Of a DNA stretch of 37,292 bases, positions 17,077-27,816 are shown piece after piece. A program made the translations under genes and the position numbers. The stretch lies in IMG/VR virus record IMGVR_UViG_2703718872_000034; one strand, given 5' to 3'. Within the stretch, counting starts at the first letter, position 1. Each line of letters starts with the position of its first letter. The notes under the pieces were generated by a model. That model did not search any database and was not told the origin of the DNA. It was given only the letters and a program-made list of their open reading frames with translations. This DNA comes from a virus. Its lineage: Duplodnaviria > Heunggongvirae > Uroviricota > Caudoviricetes.

Positions 17077-18210
17077 ATGAAGACAGAAAATCACCCAAAA
17101 GACGCAAATCGCCCCTCTGGTTTAGCCGTGCTTTCAGCTTCGCTGACTGCATCCGGCGACGGATGGTGTCAGTTACTGCCAGCAGGCAGGGTAAAGGCCC
17201 GTGACGGTCGCCCGGAAAAACCGGCTGAAGGCTGGCTGATTAACGAATCCGCCTGTAACCGGATGAAAGCCGGGCTTTCCGCCCTGAATCAGCCGTTACT
17301 GATTGATTATGACCATCACTCCATGAATGCGCAGAAAAACGGATTCAAGGCCATTGCCGCAGGTTGGGTTAAGCCGGAAAACATCGAATGGCGTGAGGGG
17401 CAGGGGATTTTCATTAAACCTGAATGGACGCCGCAGGCCCAAAAACATATTGATGACCGTGAATATGCCTATCTGTCTGCGTATATGCATTATTTCGCTG
17501 ACACCGGGGAACCCTACCTGTTGCGCATGGCTTCCCTGACGAATGATCCAGGTATTACGGGTATGAACCCTGTCGCAGCACTCAGTGCTGACGATCTCTA
17601 TGTAGTTTCCCCTTCTCAGGAGCAACACCCCATGAATGAGCAATTACGCCAGTTGCTGACGGCGCTCGGTCTGACCGTGGCTGACGGTGACGAATTTACG
17701 CCGGAGCTGGGCACGGCGGCGCTGTCTGCCCTCACCGGGATCAAAACCCGTGCGGATGCACACGACAACCTGAAAACACAGGTCGCCAGTCTGTCGGCAG
17801 AGCTGGAAACCGCAAAAGGCACACCGGCTGGCGGCAGTATTGATCTGACGAAATACGTGCCCGTTGAAACGTATAACGCCCTGCGTACCGAATACGTTGC
17901 ACTGTCGGCGCAGCACGGCAGCACCACGCTGGAGCAGGTGCTGGACAAGGCTGAATCCGAAGGGCGCATCTTCAAAAGCGAACGCGGCTATCTGGAACAA
18001 CTGGGTGGGCAGATTGGTGTTGCTGCACTTTCTGCACAGCTTGACGCCCGACAGCCGGTTGCGGCCCTGACCGGCCTTCAAACCGACACCGTAACCGTGC
18101 CGGATAAAAAGACTGCCACCGCTGTGCTGTCGGCTGAAGATATCGCGGCCGCCAAACTGCTGGGTAAAACCGAAGCCGAGTTCCTGAAAATGAAAGAGGA
18201 AATGCAATAA
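17077..18210 (+). CDS. head protease/scaffold protein, Mu I-like
   Basis: 377 aa; position between G and major head protein; Ala-rich helical C-terminal half consistent with scaffold; start uncertain. Confidence 0.65.
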   Translation: MKTENHPKDANRPSGLAVLSASLTASGDGWCQLLPAGRVKARDGRPEKPAEGWLINESACNRMKAGLSALNQPLLIDYDHHSMNAQKNGFKAIAAGWVKPENIEWREGQGIFIKPEWTPQAQKHIDDREYAYLSAYMHYFADTGEPYLLRMASLTNDPGITGMNPVAALSADDLYVVSPSQEQHPMNEQLRQLLTALGLTVADGDEFTPELGTAALSALTGIKTRADAHDNLKTQVASLSAELETAKGTPAGGSIDLTKYVPVETYNALRTEYVALSAQHGSTTLEQVLDKAESEGRIFKSERGYLEQLGGQIGVAALSAQLDARQPVAALTGLQTDTVTVPDKKTATAVLSAEDIAAAKLLGKTEAEFLKMKEEMQ

Positions 18211-19157
18211 TGCCTACCCCGATTACACCGGCGATGATCACCGCCCTGATGACGGGCTACCGTTCTGATTTTCAGGCCGGGATGTCCATGGCCCCGTCGC
18301 AGTACAAAAAAATTGCGATGACCGTGCCCTCCACATCGAAATCCAACACCTACGGCTGGCTGGGGCATGCGCCTCATTTTCGTGAGTGGATTGGTTCTCG
18401 TGTGATCCAGAAAATGAAAGCGCACGGTTATTCCATTGTAAACAAGACCTGGGAAGATACCGTCCCTGTTAATCGTGATGATTTTGAGGACGATAATCTC
18501 GGTATTTACTCGCCTTTATTTCAGGAGCTTGGTCGTGCCGCTGCTGTTCAGCCGGATGAGCTTGTATTTGCTGCTCTGCGTGATGGTCTGAAAAGTGCGT
18601 GTTACGACGGTCAGAACTTCTTTGATACCGAACACCCCGTCTACCCAAATGTGGATGGTACCGGTGATGTGGCGCTGGTCAGCAACATGTTTGTGGCAAA
18701 AACCGGCTCTGTCGGTGCACAGGCGGATTACAGCGGACCGGCCTGGTATCTGCTCGACTGCTCCCGTGCAATAAAACCCATCATCTATCAGAGCCGCCGC
18801 AAGGTTGAACTGGTTGCACAGACCAAAATTGATGAAGGTCGCGCATTCACTGATAACGAGTTTGTGTTCGGTGCATCCGTTCGTCACAACGTGGGCTACG
18901 GCTTCTGGCAGATGGCCTACATGATGCAGTCACCGCTGACGCTGGATGCGCTGTGGCATGGCTGGTCCGCCATGCGTGAGTTTACCGCTGACGGTGGCCG
19001 CAAACTCGGCATCAAACCTACCCATATTGTTGTCCCCACCTCGCTGGAAAAACAGGCGGTGCAGCTGCTGGAGCGTGAACTGTTCGCAGACGGTAACGCC
19101 ACCGTCTCTAACGAGATGAAGGGCAAGCTGGAGCTGGTTGTCGCGGATTATCTGTAA
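18210..19157 (+). CDS. major head subunit, Mu T-like
   Basis: 315 aa; TAATG overlap with I; size and position as Mu gp34. Confidence 0.8.
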   Translation: MPTPITPAMITALMTGYRSDFQAGMSMAPSQYKKIAMTVPSTSKSNTYGWLGHAPHFREWIGSRVIQKMKAHGYSIVNKTWEDTVPVNRDDFEDDNLGIYSPLFQELGRAAAVQPDELVFAALRDGLKSACYDGQNFFDTEHPVYPNVDGTGDVALVSNMFVAKTGSVGAQADYSGPAWYLLDCSRAIKPIIYQSRRKVELVAQTKIDEGRAFTDNEFVFGASVRHNVGYGFWQMAYMMQSPLTLDALWHGWSAMREFTADGGRKLGIKPTHIVVPTSLEKQAVQLLERELFADGNATVSNEMKGKLELVVADYL

Positions 19158-19164
19158 ACGGTGA

Positions 19165-19183
19165 GCCGGGCTTACGGCCCGGC
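19165..19183 (+). terminator. GC-rich hairpin after major head gene (GCCGGGC / GCCCGGC), no U-tract
   Basis: 7-bp perfect inverted repeat read from sequence; may be a stability or attenuation element rather than a full terminator. Confidence 0.3.
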
Positions 19184-19200
19184 CCCTGCGGAGGGCAAAT

Positions 19201-19590
19201 ATGAATGAACATCACACTGTGGCAGCAACAGATGATTCAGGTCTTCAGGTCAGTGGTGACAATTCTGTCACGGTGCTGGCAGAAGTGCGTTGCAGTCGTT
19301 CGGCGTTTCGTCGTGCGGGGTTCCTGTTCACGCGTGGACGTCAGCAGGTTGAGGTCACCCCGGAGCAGCTTGCCCGACTGGAGGCGGAGCCATGCCTCAC
19401 TGTGCGAATACTACAGACGCCTGCTGATGATGCGGGGAGCGTGGCGGGTGTGGTTCATGCAGTGGCCGGTACAGATTTAGCCGAAGCCGAAGCCGAAGCC
19501 GAAGCCGAAGCCGAAGCCGAAGCCGGACAGGATGCTCCCCGGAAAAAGACCGGTAACAAAGCGAAACAGGCGAAAAAGGCCCGCGCATGA
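19201..19590 (+). CDS. head-associated protein with (Glu-Ala)7 linker and Lys-rich tail (Mu gp35 position)
   Basis: 129 aa; GGAGGG RBS; contains in-frame GCCGAA tandem repeat. Confidence 0.5.
   Translation: MNEHHTVAATDDSGLQVSGDNSVTVLAEVRCSRSAFRRAGFLFTRGRQQVEVTPEQLARLEAEPCLTVRILQTPADDAGSVAGVVHAVAGTDLAEAEAEAEAEAEAEAGQDAPRKKTGNKAKQAKKARA
19480..19521 (+). repeat. tandem hexanucleotide repeat (GCCGAA)x7, in-frame, encoding (AE)7
   Basis: Seven perfect consecutive GCCGAA units read directly, followed by degenerate GCCGGA. Confidence 0.9.
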
Positions 19591-20006
19591 ATTACGCCAC
19601 TGAAACCGATATGCGGGCGCGTTACCGCGAGGATTTGCTCAGGCCGTTACTGGCTGTGCCCCGTTCGGATGAGCCGGACACGCGCAAGCTGAACCGGGCG
19701 CTGACAGATGCGTCAGCTCTTATCGACAGCTATCTGTCCGCCCGTTACACGCTGCCGCTGGAGGTTATTCCGGCCGTTCTTGTTCAGCACTGTTGCGCGA
19801 TTGCCTTTTATTACCTGTGCGATCAGCGAGCCTCCGATCAGGCGCGTGACCGTTACCGTGAAGCGCTGGCCTGGCTGAAAGATGTCATGAACGGCAATGT
19901 GCCGGTCGGTGTGGATACGAACGGTGCGGCCCCTGAATCCGGGGATTTACCGCAGGTTCAGTCTGATGCAGCGGTATTCGGGCGCAACCAGAAGGGCTTC
20001 GTATGA
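19587..20006 (+). CDS. head-tail joining protein (Mu gp36-like)
   Basis: 139 aa; ATGA overlap with previous gene; position. Confidence 0.55.
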   Translation: MNYATETDMRARYREDLLRPLLAVPRSDEPDTRKLNRALTDASALIDSYLSARYTLPLEVIPAVLVQHCCAIAFYYLCDQRASDQARDRYREALAWLKDVMNGNVPVGVDTNGAAPESGDLPQVQSDAAVFGRNQKGFV

Positions 20007-20566
20007 TTACGGAAACCGAACAGGCATACATCGCCCGTATCCGTGAGTATTTCGGGAATGAACTGGTGTCTGTTGACACGCATCCCGGCGACTGGAGCGA
20101 CAGCGTACTGCGCACCATGCTGATTAACGCCCCGGCGATCTACGTTGCCTGGCTGGGTGCCGGTGAAGGCCGTACCCGTGGTCGCCTGGTCAGTCACTGG
20201 GTGTTCTACGTCATCGGCGACATGCTCAACGGGCGTGAGGCCAGCCGTCCCGGACTGTATCAGATTGTGGCCCGGCTGATTGCCGTGCTTAACGGCTTCA
20301 GAACAGAAAAAACCTCACCGCTTTACTTTGAAAAGGCGGTCAACGGTTACACCGAAACCCAGGCAGACAGTGGTGCGGTGATGTATGCGCTTTATTTCTC
20401 CTGCGAGGAAATGATCGCACCGCTGACCGATATCAGCTCGCTGGATGATTTCCTGCGCCATTACGAAACCTTCACCGAACCGGAAGGTACACCGGTATTT
20501 GAGGCACACATCAGCCTGCCTGGTGCAACCGCCGCCGGTGAAAAAGCCGGACCGTCAGAGGAATAA
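20003..20566 (+). CDS. head-tail joining / tail completion protein (Mu gp37-like)
   Basis: 187 aa; overlapping start; position. Confidence 0.55.
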   Translation: MITETEQAYIARIREYFGNELVSVDTHPGDWSDSVLRTMLINAPAIYVAWLGAGEGRTRGRLVSHWVFYVIGDMLNGREASRPGLYQIVARLIAVLNGFRTEKTSPLYFEKAVNGYTETQADSGAVMYALYFSCEEMIAPLTDISSLDDFLRHYETFTEPEGTPVFEAHISLPGATAAGEKAGPSEE

Positions 20567-20569
20567 CAG

Positions 20570-20800
20570 ATGACAACCATTTTTATCAAACCCGCGCCGG
20601 GATGCCTGATTCGTGATCCCGACACAATGCGCCCGCTGGCACAGGAGGGGGAGGAAAAGCCCTTCACGCCGTTCTGGTGTCGGCGTCTTGATGACGGCGA
20701 TGTGATTGAGATTGAAAAAACGGTCGGTTCTGCGGATGCACCGGCAGAAAAACCCGCAGCGACTGTAAAACCCGTGGCATCTGACAAGGAGGCTTCCTGA
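20570..20800 (+). CDS. small protein (Mu gp38-like)
   Basis: 76 aa; position directly before sheath gene. Confidence 0.45.
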   Translation: MTTIFIKPAPGCLIRDPDTMRPLAQEGEEKPFTPFWCRRLDDGDVIEIEKTVGSADAPAEKPAATVKPVASDKEAS

Positions 20801-22215
20801 TGATCAACTTTGATTCCATCAGTAATACAAACCGTATTCCGCTTTTTCAGGCGGAATTCAATAACTCCATGGCGGTAACCGGTACTCCGCCGCAGCGTCA
20901 GTGTGTCCTGTTGTTCGGACAGAGAAGTTCTTCTGTTGGTGGTGTTATTAACGTTCCGTACCGTATCACAAGGGCAGAACAGGCCGCCGAGCGCTGGGGA
21001 AGAGGCTCCATGATTGCCCGCATGGTGGCTGAATTTATTGCCATCAATCCTGATACAGAACTGTATGCCATCGCACAGGATAACGGGACAGGCAAAAACG
21101 ACGCCGGAACGATTACGATGAGCGGAACATCCGTTGTTGACGGTGTGCTCAGTATTTATATCGCCGGTAAGGGGTATCCGGTGGCTGTCAGCAAAGGAGA
21201 AAAAGCGGCGGATGTTGCCGGAAAACTGGCTCTGCTCATAAATCAGGATCTGGATGCGCCTGTTGCTGCTGTGGCAAACGCCCCGTCAGACAATAGTGAT
21301 GCCACAAAAAAAGTCATCGCACTGTCAGCAAAGTTCGTCAGCGAGTGTGACCATGATGTCCGGCTGAATTATTACCCGGAGGATGTTACTCCGCTGGGGA
21401 TTACCGTGATCATCTCCGGTCGCTCAGCCGTCCCCAAAAACCCGGATATCACCCGCAGCGTGGCTGCGATGGGGGATCGGCAGTACAACTATATCGTCAT
21501 GCCGTATAAAGATGCAGCCAATCTGAAGATTCTGGCGAACGAACTGCTGACGCGCTGGGGACCGGAAAAAATGAATGATGGTATGGTCTGGATGGCGCAT
21601 ACCGGTACGTTTGGTAATGTGTCCAGCTTCGGGGAGTCCAGAAATGATTTTCTGTTTACCTGTACCGCGATCCCAAAAGCACCGGAGCCGGATTATATCT
21701 GGGCAGCCACCCTGTGCGCCACCTGTGCGCCGTCTTTATCAGTCGATCCGGCACGACCTCTGCAATCTCTGGCATTGCCTTCCCGACTGGCTCCGGCATT
21801 GTCTGCCCGCCTTACAAATGAGGAACGAAACAGTCTGTTGTATACGGGGATTTCCACGGTAACGGTGGGAGCCGGTGATGTGATGCAGATTGAGCGTCAG
21901 GTGACCATGTATCGCCAGAACGCATACGGCGAAAGCGATCCCAGCTATCTGGATGTGGAAACCATCTACACCCTGTCATATCTGCGTTACTCCCTGCGGG
22001 TATTCATTACACAGCGTTTCCCCCGCCATAAACTGGCAGATGACGGAACGCCAGTTGGTCCCGGACAGTTCATTGTGACACCGCAGATCATGAAGCTCCA
22101 GTTGATTGCTCTGGGTGAAGAGTGGATTGAACAGGGGCTGGTCGAGAATATGGAGGTTATCGATAAAGGTTCCTTTGTCCGGGATATCCGCGCCATTCTG
22201 GTCCCTGCGCAGGTA
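20800..22215 (+). pseudogene. tail sheath gene, N-terminal fragment (about 472 codons), disrupted by inversion
   Basis: ORF 20800..22485 is chimeric: protein-like up to about 22215, then runs antisense through the fibre gene; the in-frame continuation is found on the minus strand at 30977..30850 ending just before the tube gene RBS. Confidence 0.7.
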
Positions 22216-22683
22216 ACGGTTATCACCTTCGCTCTTGCTGTAAACATCCAGATTATTACGGGCGGTTCCCTTATTCTCCAGGTCGGCGAGATTCTGATCC
22301 TTCGCCAGGGCATTAACGTCACCGGGACCAAGACTGTTTTTTGTGGCAAGCGTCCCCAGACCAAGATAACCACGGGCCAGACGCTGGGCCTCCGCACCGG
22401 CATCAGCAATTTCTTTCAGGTTATTTTTCCGGGAAAAAGCATTCGCAGCGATAATGGCTTTAATAGACAGCGTAAGCTGGTTTAACTGCGCCTTATCCGG
22501 CTGAATACTGGCTTCAGCCAGAATATTCAGCAGTTCGGCCTGGAGAATATTCAGCCAGTCCTGACCAATCCAGCTGATACCTTTTTGTCCGTCACCTTCG
22601 GTAAACCAGGTGGTGGTATTACTCTGCGCCGGTGCCAGCGCAGGCATATTCGCCACGCCGGAATTATTATCAACATGAAACAT
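22211..22683 (-). pseudogene. tail fibre gene constant (N-terminal) part Sc, separated from its variable part by inversion
   Basis: Minus ORF with GAGGAGGAGAA RBS and TAATG overlap with upstream gene; fibre-like NLGLG/GDNRY-type sequence up to codon 157, then read-through into antisense sheath sequence; rejoins in frame with Sv at the gix site. Confidence 0.65.
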
Positions 22684-23243
22684 TAAATATTCTCCTCCTC
22701 GTGACTGTTTGCATACACGTAAATAAACGTCTGCCATGCAGGCTTATAACGGTTCAGAATACATTCCAGCGCACCGCCCTCATAAATACGCAGCGGCGTG
22801 AGAATATCATCCAGCACATTCATATTCCGGTAGCCGGTTTCACTGTTTATCGTGACAATACTGACCCACTGTGAATCCGGTGATGGCTGAATATCTATTT
22901 CATAACCAAACTCTGCCGCAAACCGGATATAAAATTCACGGTTCAGCGAAGGCTTCATCCGGTATTTATTCCCGGCATAACGCTGTCGTTCTGTGATGGT
23001 GGCTCCGGCCATATCACACTCGGGAAGGCCGAGATAACGCTCCCAGTCTTCCAGAAGCAGACGGGAACTGTCAGGGAAACGTTCTGCCAGCAGTTGTTTT
23101 CCCGTCCATGCAACACGTTCGGTGGAATGGCTGAGGCCAAGGCATAACGCAGCCAGTACGGATGACGGCCGCTTGTCCCAGGCCAGTCCGTCAGGCAGCA
23201 ACTGCAACAGGGCGCGCTGATGCGGAGTGAGGGTTACAGCCAT
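22683..23243 (-). CDS. baseplate/tail protein (Mu gp48-like, P2 gpI-like)
   Basis: 186 aa; position upstream of fibre gene; overlapping stop/start. Confidence 0.7.
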   Translation of the reverse strand: MAVTLTPHQRALLQLLPDGLAWDKRPSSVLAALCLGLSHSTERVAWTGKQLLAERFPDSSRLLLEDWERYLGLPECDMAGATITERQRYAGNKYRMKPSLNREFYIRFAAEFGYEIDIQPSPDSQWVSIVTINSETGYRNMNVLDDILTPLRIYEGGALECILNRYKPAWQTFIYVYANSHEEENI

Positions 23244-24319
23244 GTGATTTCCCCCACTGTCAGCAGCTCACTGTCCCCCGCCTGAACCGACGTCAGCGGG
23301 CTGCGCACTTCAAAATCCTCCAGATTTTTCACCCCCGCCACGGCACGCCAGAAAGACGACGCCAGAACCAGACCGCCGGGCCGGGATTCGTTGTATAACA
23401 GGTCAGTCAGTGCCTGTTTTACGGCCGCCTGATTCTCCGGTGTTTTCGGGATGATCCTGATACTGAAGGGCACTGGCTTATTGGTCAGTTTAAACACGGT
23501 CACCGTCGGCCCCAGCGGCTGACCGACAGGCTGACCGGTCGCCGGATCATCATGACTGCGGATATAATCCGCCACACGTTTCACATCACCTTCACCGGGA
23601 AAAATGTCCGGGTTGTTGTCCTGAACGAACGTCACCCCCACGCTGCCCGCCTGCGGCCATTCCGGGCGGCACCATGCCCGCGTCACCCCCGGCACTTCAC
23701 GCGCCCAGCGTTCAAAATCGTACTGCGTGCCGCCGGACGGCGGATTCTGCACCCGGAAAACCAGGCGGGAAAGCAGCTCCGGCACCGTTTCCACATCCGC
23801 ACCACCGGTGATCCCTGTTCCGGTCACCGTGGCCGTCTGGTTGATCCCCGCCTGCGGAGTGACAAACGTCAGTTTCGTCCCTGCCGGGGCATTTCCCGCA
23901 CGACCGGCACTTTCGGCCTCCACACTGACATTCAGCGTACCGGCTTTACCGGTCAGTGAGGAGGTGATGCGGTAAACCACGCCGTCACTGCGCTGGAGAA
24001 GCACACCTTCCGTGATCCCCGCATCCGTGGTCAGCATCAGCTGAACCGGCCCGTCACCCCGTGAGGCGGGTTTACGCATGACACCCCAGAAAGCGCAGTG
24101 CTTCAGCAACTCGGCTTCATCGGCTTCTGTCGGGATGATCTGACGTGCAATCCAGGCCAGATGTTCATGCTCCTGTGCAGACAATCCTGCCTGAGCATAC
24201 GCAATGGCATTCAGGGTGGTTTCATTCACGCCCGGCTGCGAACCGGGAAGACGCTGGCTGATATCCTGCTGTGTCTGCGTGATTAATTGTGCCAGCGGTA
24301 AAGGCTGATAAGGCATCAC
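23234..24319 (-). CDS. baseplate J-like protein (Mu gp47-like)
   Basis: 361 aa; position and size. Confidence 0.75.
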   Translation of the reverse strand: MMPYQPLPLAQLITQTQQDISQRLPGSQPGVNETTLNAIAYAQAGLSAQEHEHLAWIARQIIPTEADEAELLKHCAFWGVMRKPASRGDGPVQLMLTTDAGITEGVLLQRSDGVVYRITSSLTGKAGTLNVSVEAESAGRAGNAPAGTKLTFVTPQAGINQTATVTGTGITGGADVETVPELLSRLVFRVQNPPSGGTQYDFERWAREVPGVTRAWCRPEWPQAGSVGVTFVQDNNPDIFPGEGDVKRVADYIRSHDDPATGQPVGQPLGPTVTVFKLTNKPVPFSIRIIPKTPENQAAVKQALTDLLYNESRPGGLVLASSFWRAVAGVKNLEDFEVRSPLTSVQAGDSELLTVGEITWL

Positions 24320-24753
24320 TCCCCCTTAAGATCAGCATAAAAAATCATGGGTCTTACCGAACCATCAGGCAGGGTTATGCGCACCGAAAGCGCCAGCCGC
24401 GCGTGTCCCACACGTTCTGCATGACAGACCACGGATGACGCCACGCCATCCTGACTGAGCCAGCCCAGCGCCTCATCCGCGTAGGCACGGGCACGGCTTA
24501 TCACGGAGACCAGCGTTTTTTCCCGGCTGAGAAGCCACAGACGGGAGCCAATGGGGCGCGGGCGAAAACTGTCTCCCCACCATCCCCGGCGGTCACGTGT
24601 GCCATCAGGGATTTCATCCGATGCCAGTGCCCGGCGGTCAGTAAACAGTGAAATCAGAACCGCTGTCAGCAGGCTGTCATCTGTCAGCAGGTCTGCACCG
24701 TTCAGTTGCAGCGAACCGCATCCCTGATCCCACACAATTGCAATATCAGCCAT
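24316..24753 (-). CDS. baseplate wedge protein (Mu gp46-like)
   Basis: Start placed at internal ATG 24753 with AGGAG RBS, 145 aa; longer ORF to 24876 lacks RBS. Confidence 0.65.
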   Translation of the reverse strand: MADIAIVWDQGCGSLQLNGADLLTDDSLLTAVLISLFTDRRALASDEIPDGTRDRRGWWGDSFRPRPIGSRLWLLSREKTLVSVISRARAYADEALGWLSQDGVASSVVCHAERVGHARLALSVRITLPDGSVRPMIFYADLKGE

Positions 24754-25360
24754 TCTCCGGCGCTCCTGTCTTACTGCCTTCACCGTTATCATGATGTACA
24801 TGGCCGGAATAGGTGATTCCCGCAATAACAGCCTCGGACATCGTGAACGTACCCTGTGATTTTCCTGTGCCGTCAATGGTCAGATTACCTTTGATATGCA
24901 GGTTTTTATCCACCGTGACATTGCCTGTAAAGGTGGCTTCCGGTGTATCCACCTGAACACCTTCATCGGCGTAAATTTCCAGCGTCTTACAGGTCACAAT
25001 GATCCGACCGTTCTTTGTCAGACGTATACGGTGCCCCTCATGGTGATACACGCCGGTATCTCCGGCAGTGAGTCCGGTCGGGCGACTGCGGCGGTCTTCC
25101 ACCACAAGCACCACGGTCTGATCACGCTGCCCGCCCAGACAGGCAAAAAAGGTTTCCGCACCCGGCAGGGGAACACTGATCTGCCCGTACTGCTGGGGAC
25201 GCTCCACATCATCAAAGGTTTCGCCGTCCATGCCGGTGAGCTGCACATTCTGCATTTTCAGTTCGTCATGTGTGCCGGTCAGAACGCCCCGGCCAAACAG
25301 CAGGCGAATGCCGCGCGTTACCGGGGCAATCAGGCGGCTGAACACTTCATCATTCATCAA
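24746..25360 (-). CDS. baseplate spike/assembly protein (Mu gp45-like, gpV-like)
   Basis: 204 aa; position between P-like and wedge genes. Confidence 0.7.
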   Translation of the reverse strand: MMNDEVFSRLIAPVTRGIRLLFGRGVLTGTHDELKMQNVQLTGMDGETFDDVERPQQYGQISVPLPGAETFFACLGGQRDQTVVLVVEDRRSRPTGLTAGDTGVYHHEGHRIRLTKNGRIIVTCKTLEIYADEGVQVDTPEATFTGNVTVDKNLHIKGNLTIDGTGKSQGTFTMSEAVIAGITYSGHVHHDNGEGSKTGAPENG

Positions 25361-26474
25361 AGCTAATCCCCTGTTTTTTCATCTGCTGGCGAATAAAGGC
25401 ATCAACATCATCACCGGAACCACCACGGCCCTTACTGTCCGGCTCTGCCGGAACGATAAAGCCGTCACGCGGTGCCAGTACCAGCCGGGTGACTTCCCCG
25501 TTCTGCTCATCCAGTAAAAACTCCACCTGGCAGACCAGCAGTTCAGTCTGTTCGATACCGAAACGCAGGGCTGAAACACCGGTCAGCAGATTGACATCCC
25601 ATAACCGGCCATCATCCCGGAACCAGCCACGCACGGTGGCGGAAAACCGTTCTGAACGGGCAACCGCACGGCGCATCTCCCGCAGGGCGCGCTGCCGTGC
25701 ACCGGTGGAGTCTGTCTGCTGATCGGCGAGGATGATTTTCGGCCGGTAGCGACCGATCTGCTCATCACTGATGATGCCCACTGGGGCCGCCAGCCGGGCG
25801 GCAGATTCGCTGTCTCCCCGTTTGCCACCACCGCGTCCATGCCCCCGGACACGGTATTCGCTGTATCGTCCTCGCCAGTCCGTGTTGTAATCGGCATCAA
25901 GCAGGTTTTCCCCCAGCACCAGTCTGTCCGTCTGCTGATTTCCTGCCTGGGTGAACACCAGATCACCGTCAGCATTACTGGTCACCAGCACCCCACGATG
26001 CCGGGCCGCACGGGTCAGCGCATCCGCCACGGTTTCTGAGTTTTCCAGGGTAAAAGAGCTGAAGGGGCGTGCAGCCGTGTCGTCGTTAACCTGCCAGCGC
26101 ACGGCTATTCCGAAGGGCGCACATAAATCTGCGGCAATCTGTGCCAGCGTCCGGTTTCGCCACTGGCTGCCGGGATGGATGGCGGCACAGTCCACCAGGT
26201 CGCCGGTTTTATCCCGACCGTTAATGCTGATCTGATGACGGGTTGCACTGATCCGCTGACTGACCTGATCCAGCCAGCCACTGATGACAGTCTGCCCGTT
26301 AATTCTGAGCGTCAGGGACTGACCGGTCCGCAGGGCTGAGGGGATGCGCTCACCGGGCAGCATCAGCCCCAGTTCAAACGACCCGGCCAGATGCTCCAGA
26401 GAACGACGGACGCTTACCGTCAGCCAGCCGGAAAAAATACTGCCGCCAATATACAGCTCAATCCTGCTGCTCAC
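25350..26474 (-). CDS. tail protein P-like (Mu gp44, P2 gpD-like)
   Basis: 374 aa; position after N-like gene. Confidence 0.75.
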   Translation of the reverse strand: MSSRIELYIGGSIFSGWLTVSVRRSLEHLAGSFELGLMLPGERIPSALRTGQSLTLRINGQTVISGWLDQVSQRISATRHQISINGRDKTGDLVDCAAIHPGSQWRNRTLAQIAADLCAPFGIAVRWQVNDDTAARPFSSFTLENSETVADALTRAARHRGVLVTSNADGDLVFTQAGNQQTDRLVLGENLLDADYNTDWRGRYSEYRVRGHGRGGGKRGDSESAARLAAPVGIISDEQIGRYRPKIILADQQTDSTGARQRALREMRRAVARSERFSATVRGWFRDDGRLWDVNLLTGVSALRFGIEQTELLVCQVEFLLDEQNGEVTRLVLAPRDGFIVPAEPDSKGRGGSGDDVDAFIRQQMKKQGISFDE

Positions 26475-27816
26475 TAATCACCTCCACACTGCGACCACCA
26501 GGAACAAAAACCGGATCAGGGATGTTGTTCCTGCGGACAAAATACTGCCAGCGACGGCTGTTGCCGGTGGCACGGTACAGCGTGACCAGTGCCGGTTCGG
26601 TGGTTCTCACCATGACCAGAGAAGCACCGGGAAGATGCACGCTACGCGTTGTTAAATCCTCTGTCAGCGCAAGCCTGGCATCACGTAATGCAAGGGCGGT
26701 TCCGGTATGGCCCTGTGCGGACAAATCCAGCACCTGTTGTTCCAGGGCATCACTCAAATCCCGGTTGATCCGCTGCACATCGGCAGAACTTTCCAGCCAG
26801 GCCAGTCCGCCCTCCCGGTCTGTATCCTGAACGTGCGTCGCACTCTGCCGGACGACCTGATCCAGCAGTTTTCCTACCGTCTGCGCCTGTGACACCAGGG
26901 TTGCGCTCTGCATGACTGTCCGCAGCAGACGGATATTTTTCTGTGCCGCAGGCGTCAGACCAATCAGGATCTGCGGATCATCCTGCCCGCTGAGGGTATA
27001 ACGCAGGGAAGAAAGTGTGCGGTACAGTTGCGGCATTGCCTGCTCTGTCATGCTGTCACGATTTGTGGTCAGGCTGCCGGACGGCGTTGCGGCCTTCCCG
27101 GTCAGTGACAGGGAAGGATCGCCGGGCAGTCCCGTCAGCACCGCAAACATTCCGGCCAGAGATTCAGCCATGCGACGGGGCGAATTAATCAGGGCGGCAG
27201 CATTCCCTTTCAGGGCAGTGAAACTGGCCGTAAAGGCACTGATATCCTGCACAATCCCCATTCCCGAAACGGCATTCTCCAGCGCATCAATTTTATCGCT
27301 GATGGTGTCGGTCATGGCCTGCACATCATGCAGGCCGTCTGAAATCACTGTCCAGCCGTCTGAAAGCGTGTTAAACAACTGATTCATTGCTGAACCGCTT
27401 TTCTGCTCCAGAACGGCAGCCGTGTCTTCAGCCACCGCCGGTGCGGTATCGTCACTGGCGGGGATCACGTTGATCGTGAACTCAACCGTTCCCTGTTCGC
27501 TGGCGTTATAACGGCTTTCAAAGCTGTTTATCAGCACGTTTAAGGTGCCATAATCCGGGTGCATCAGTTCACCGGCACCGGGTGCCCGCAGCGCATCCCG
27601 CAGGCGGCTTCGCTGCGTCTGAAGATCATCGCCGATCACAAGAGCCGTGAATGTAAACTCCGGGAGTTTTGGCCCCAAATCATCCGCGCCGCCGCTTTCC
27701 CGCAGAGGATATTCACGGCGCACAATGTTACGTCCGCCCCGTTCCCGTTGTTCCTGATAAATCAGAAACGGCACACCACGAAAGGAGCCACGCCCCGGCG
27801 TGTCAGTAGAGGCCAT
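26458..27816 (-). CDS. DNA circularisation protein N-like (Mu gp43)
   Basis: 452 aa; position directly after tape measure. Confidence 0.75.
   Translation of the reverse strand: MASTDTPGRGSFRGVPFLIYQEQRERGGRNIVRREYPLRESGGADDLGPKLPEFTFTALVIGDDLQTQRSRLRDALRAPGAGELMHPDYGTLNVLINSFESRYNASEQGTVEFTINVIPASDDTAPAVAEDTAAVLEQKSGSAMNQLFNTLSDGWTVISDGLHDVQAMTDTISDKIDALENAVSGMGIVQDISAFTASFTALKGNAAALINSPRRMAESLAGMFAVLTGLPGDPSLSLTGKAATPSGSLTTNRDSMTEQAMPQLYRTLSSLRYTLSGQDDPQILIGLTPAAQKNIRLLRTVMQSATLVSQAQTVGKLLDQVVRQSATHVQDTDREGGLAWLESSADVQRINRDLSDALEQQVLDLSAQGHTGTALALRDARLALTEDLTTRSVHLPGASLVMVRTTEPALVTLYRATGNSRRWQYFVRRNNIPDPVFVPGGRSVEVISEQQD

Noticed and set aside
19480-19521. Possible CRISPR-like or regulatory repeat array
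   Set aside because: Units are 6 bp, contiguous without spacers and lie in frame inside a coding region; this is a coding microsatellite, not a CRISPR array. No CRISPR-like repeat-spacer structure was seen anywhere in the window.
20800-22485. 561-aa + strand ORF as an intact tail sheath gene, and 21976..22737 minus ORF as an intact 253-aa gene
   Set aside because: The two ORFs overlap antisense for about 500 bp; each is protein-like only on one side of 22211..22215 and the remainder is read-through into the other gene's antisense. Both are chimeric products of the inversion junction.
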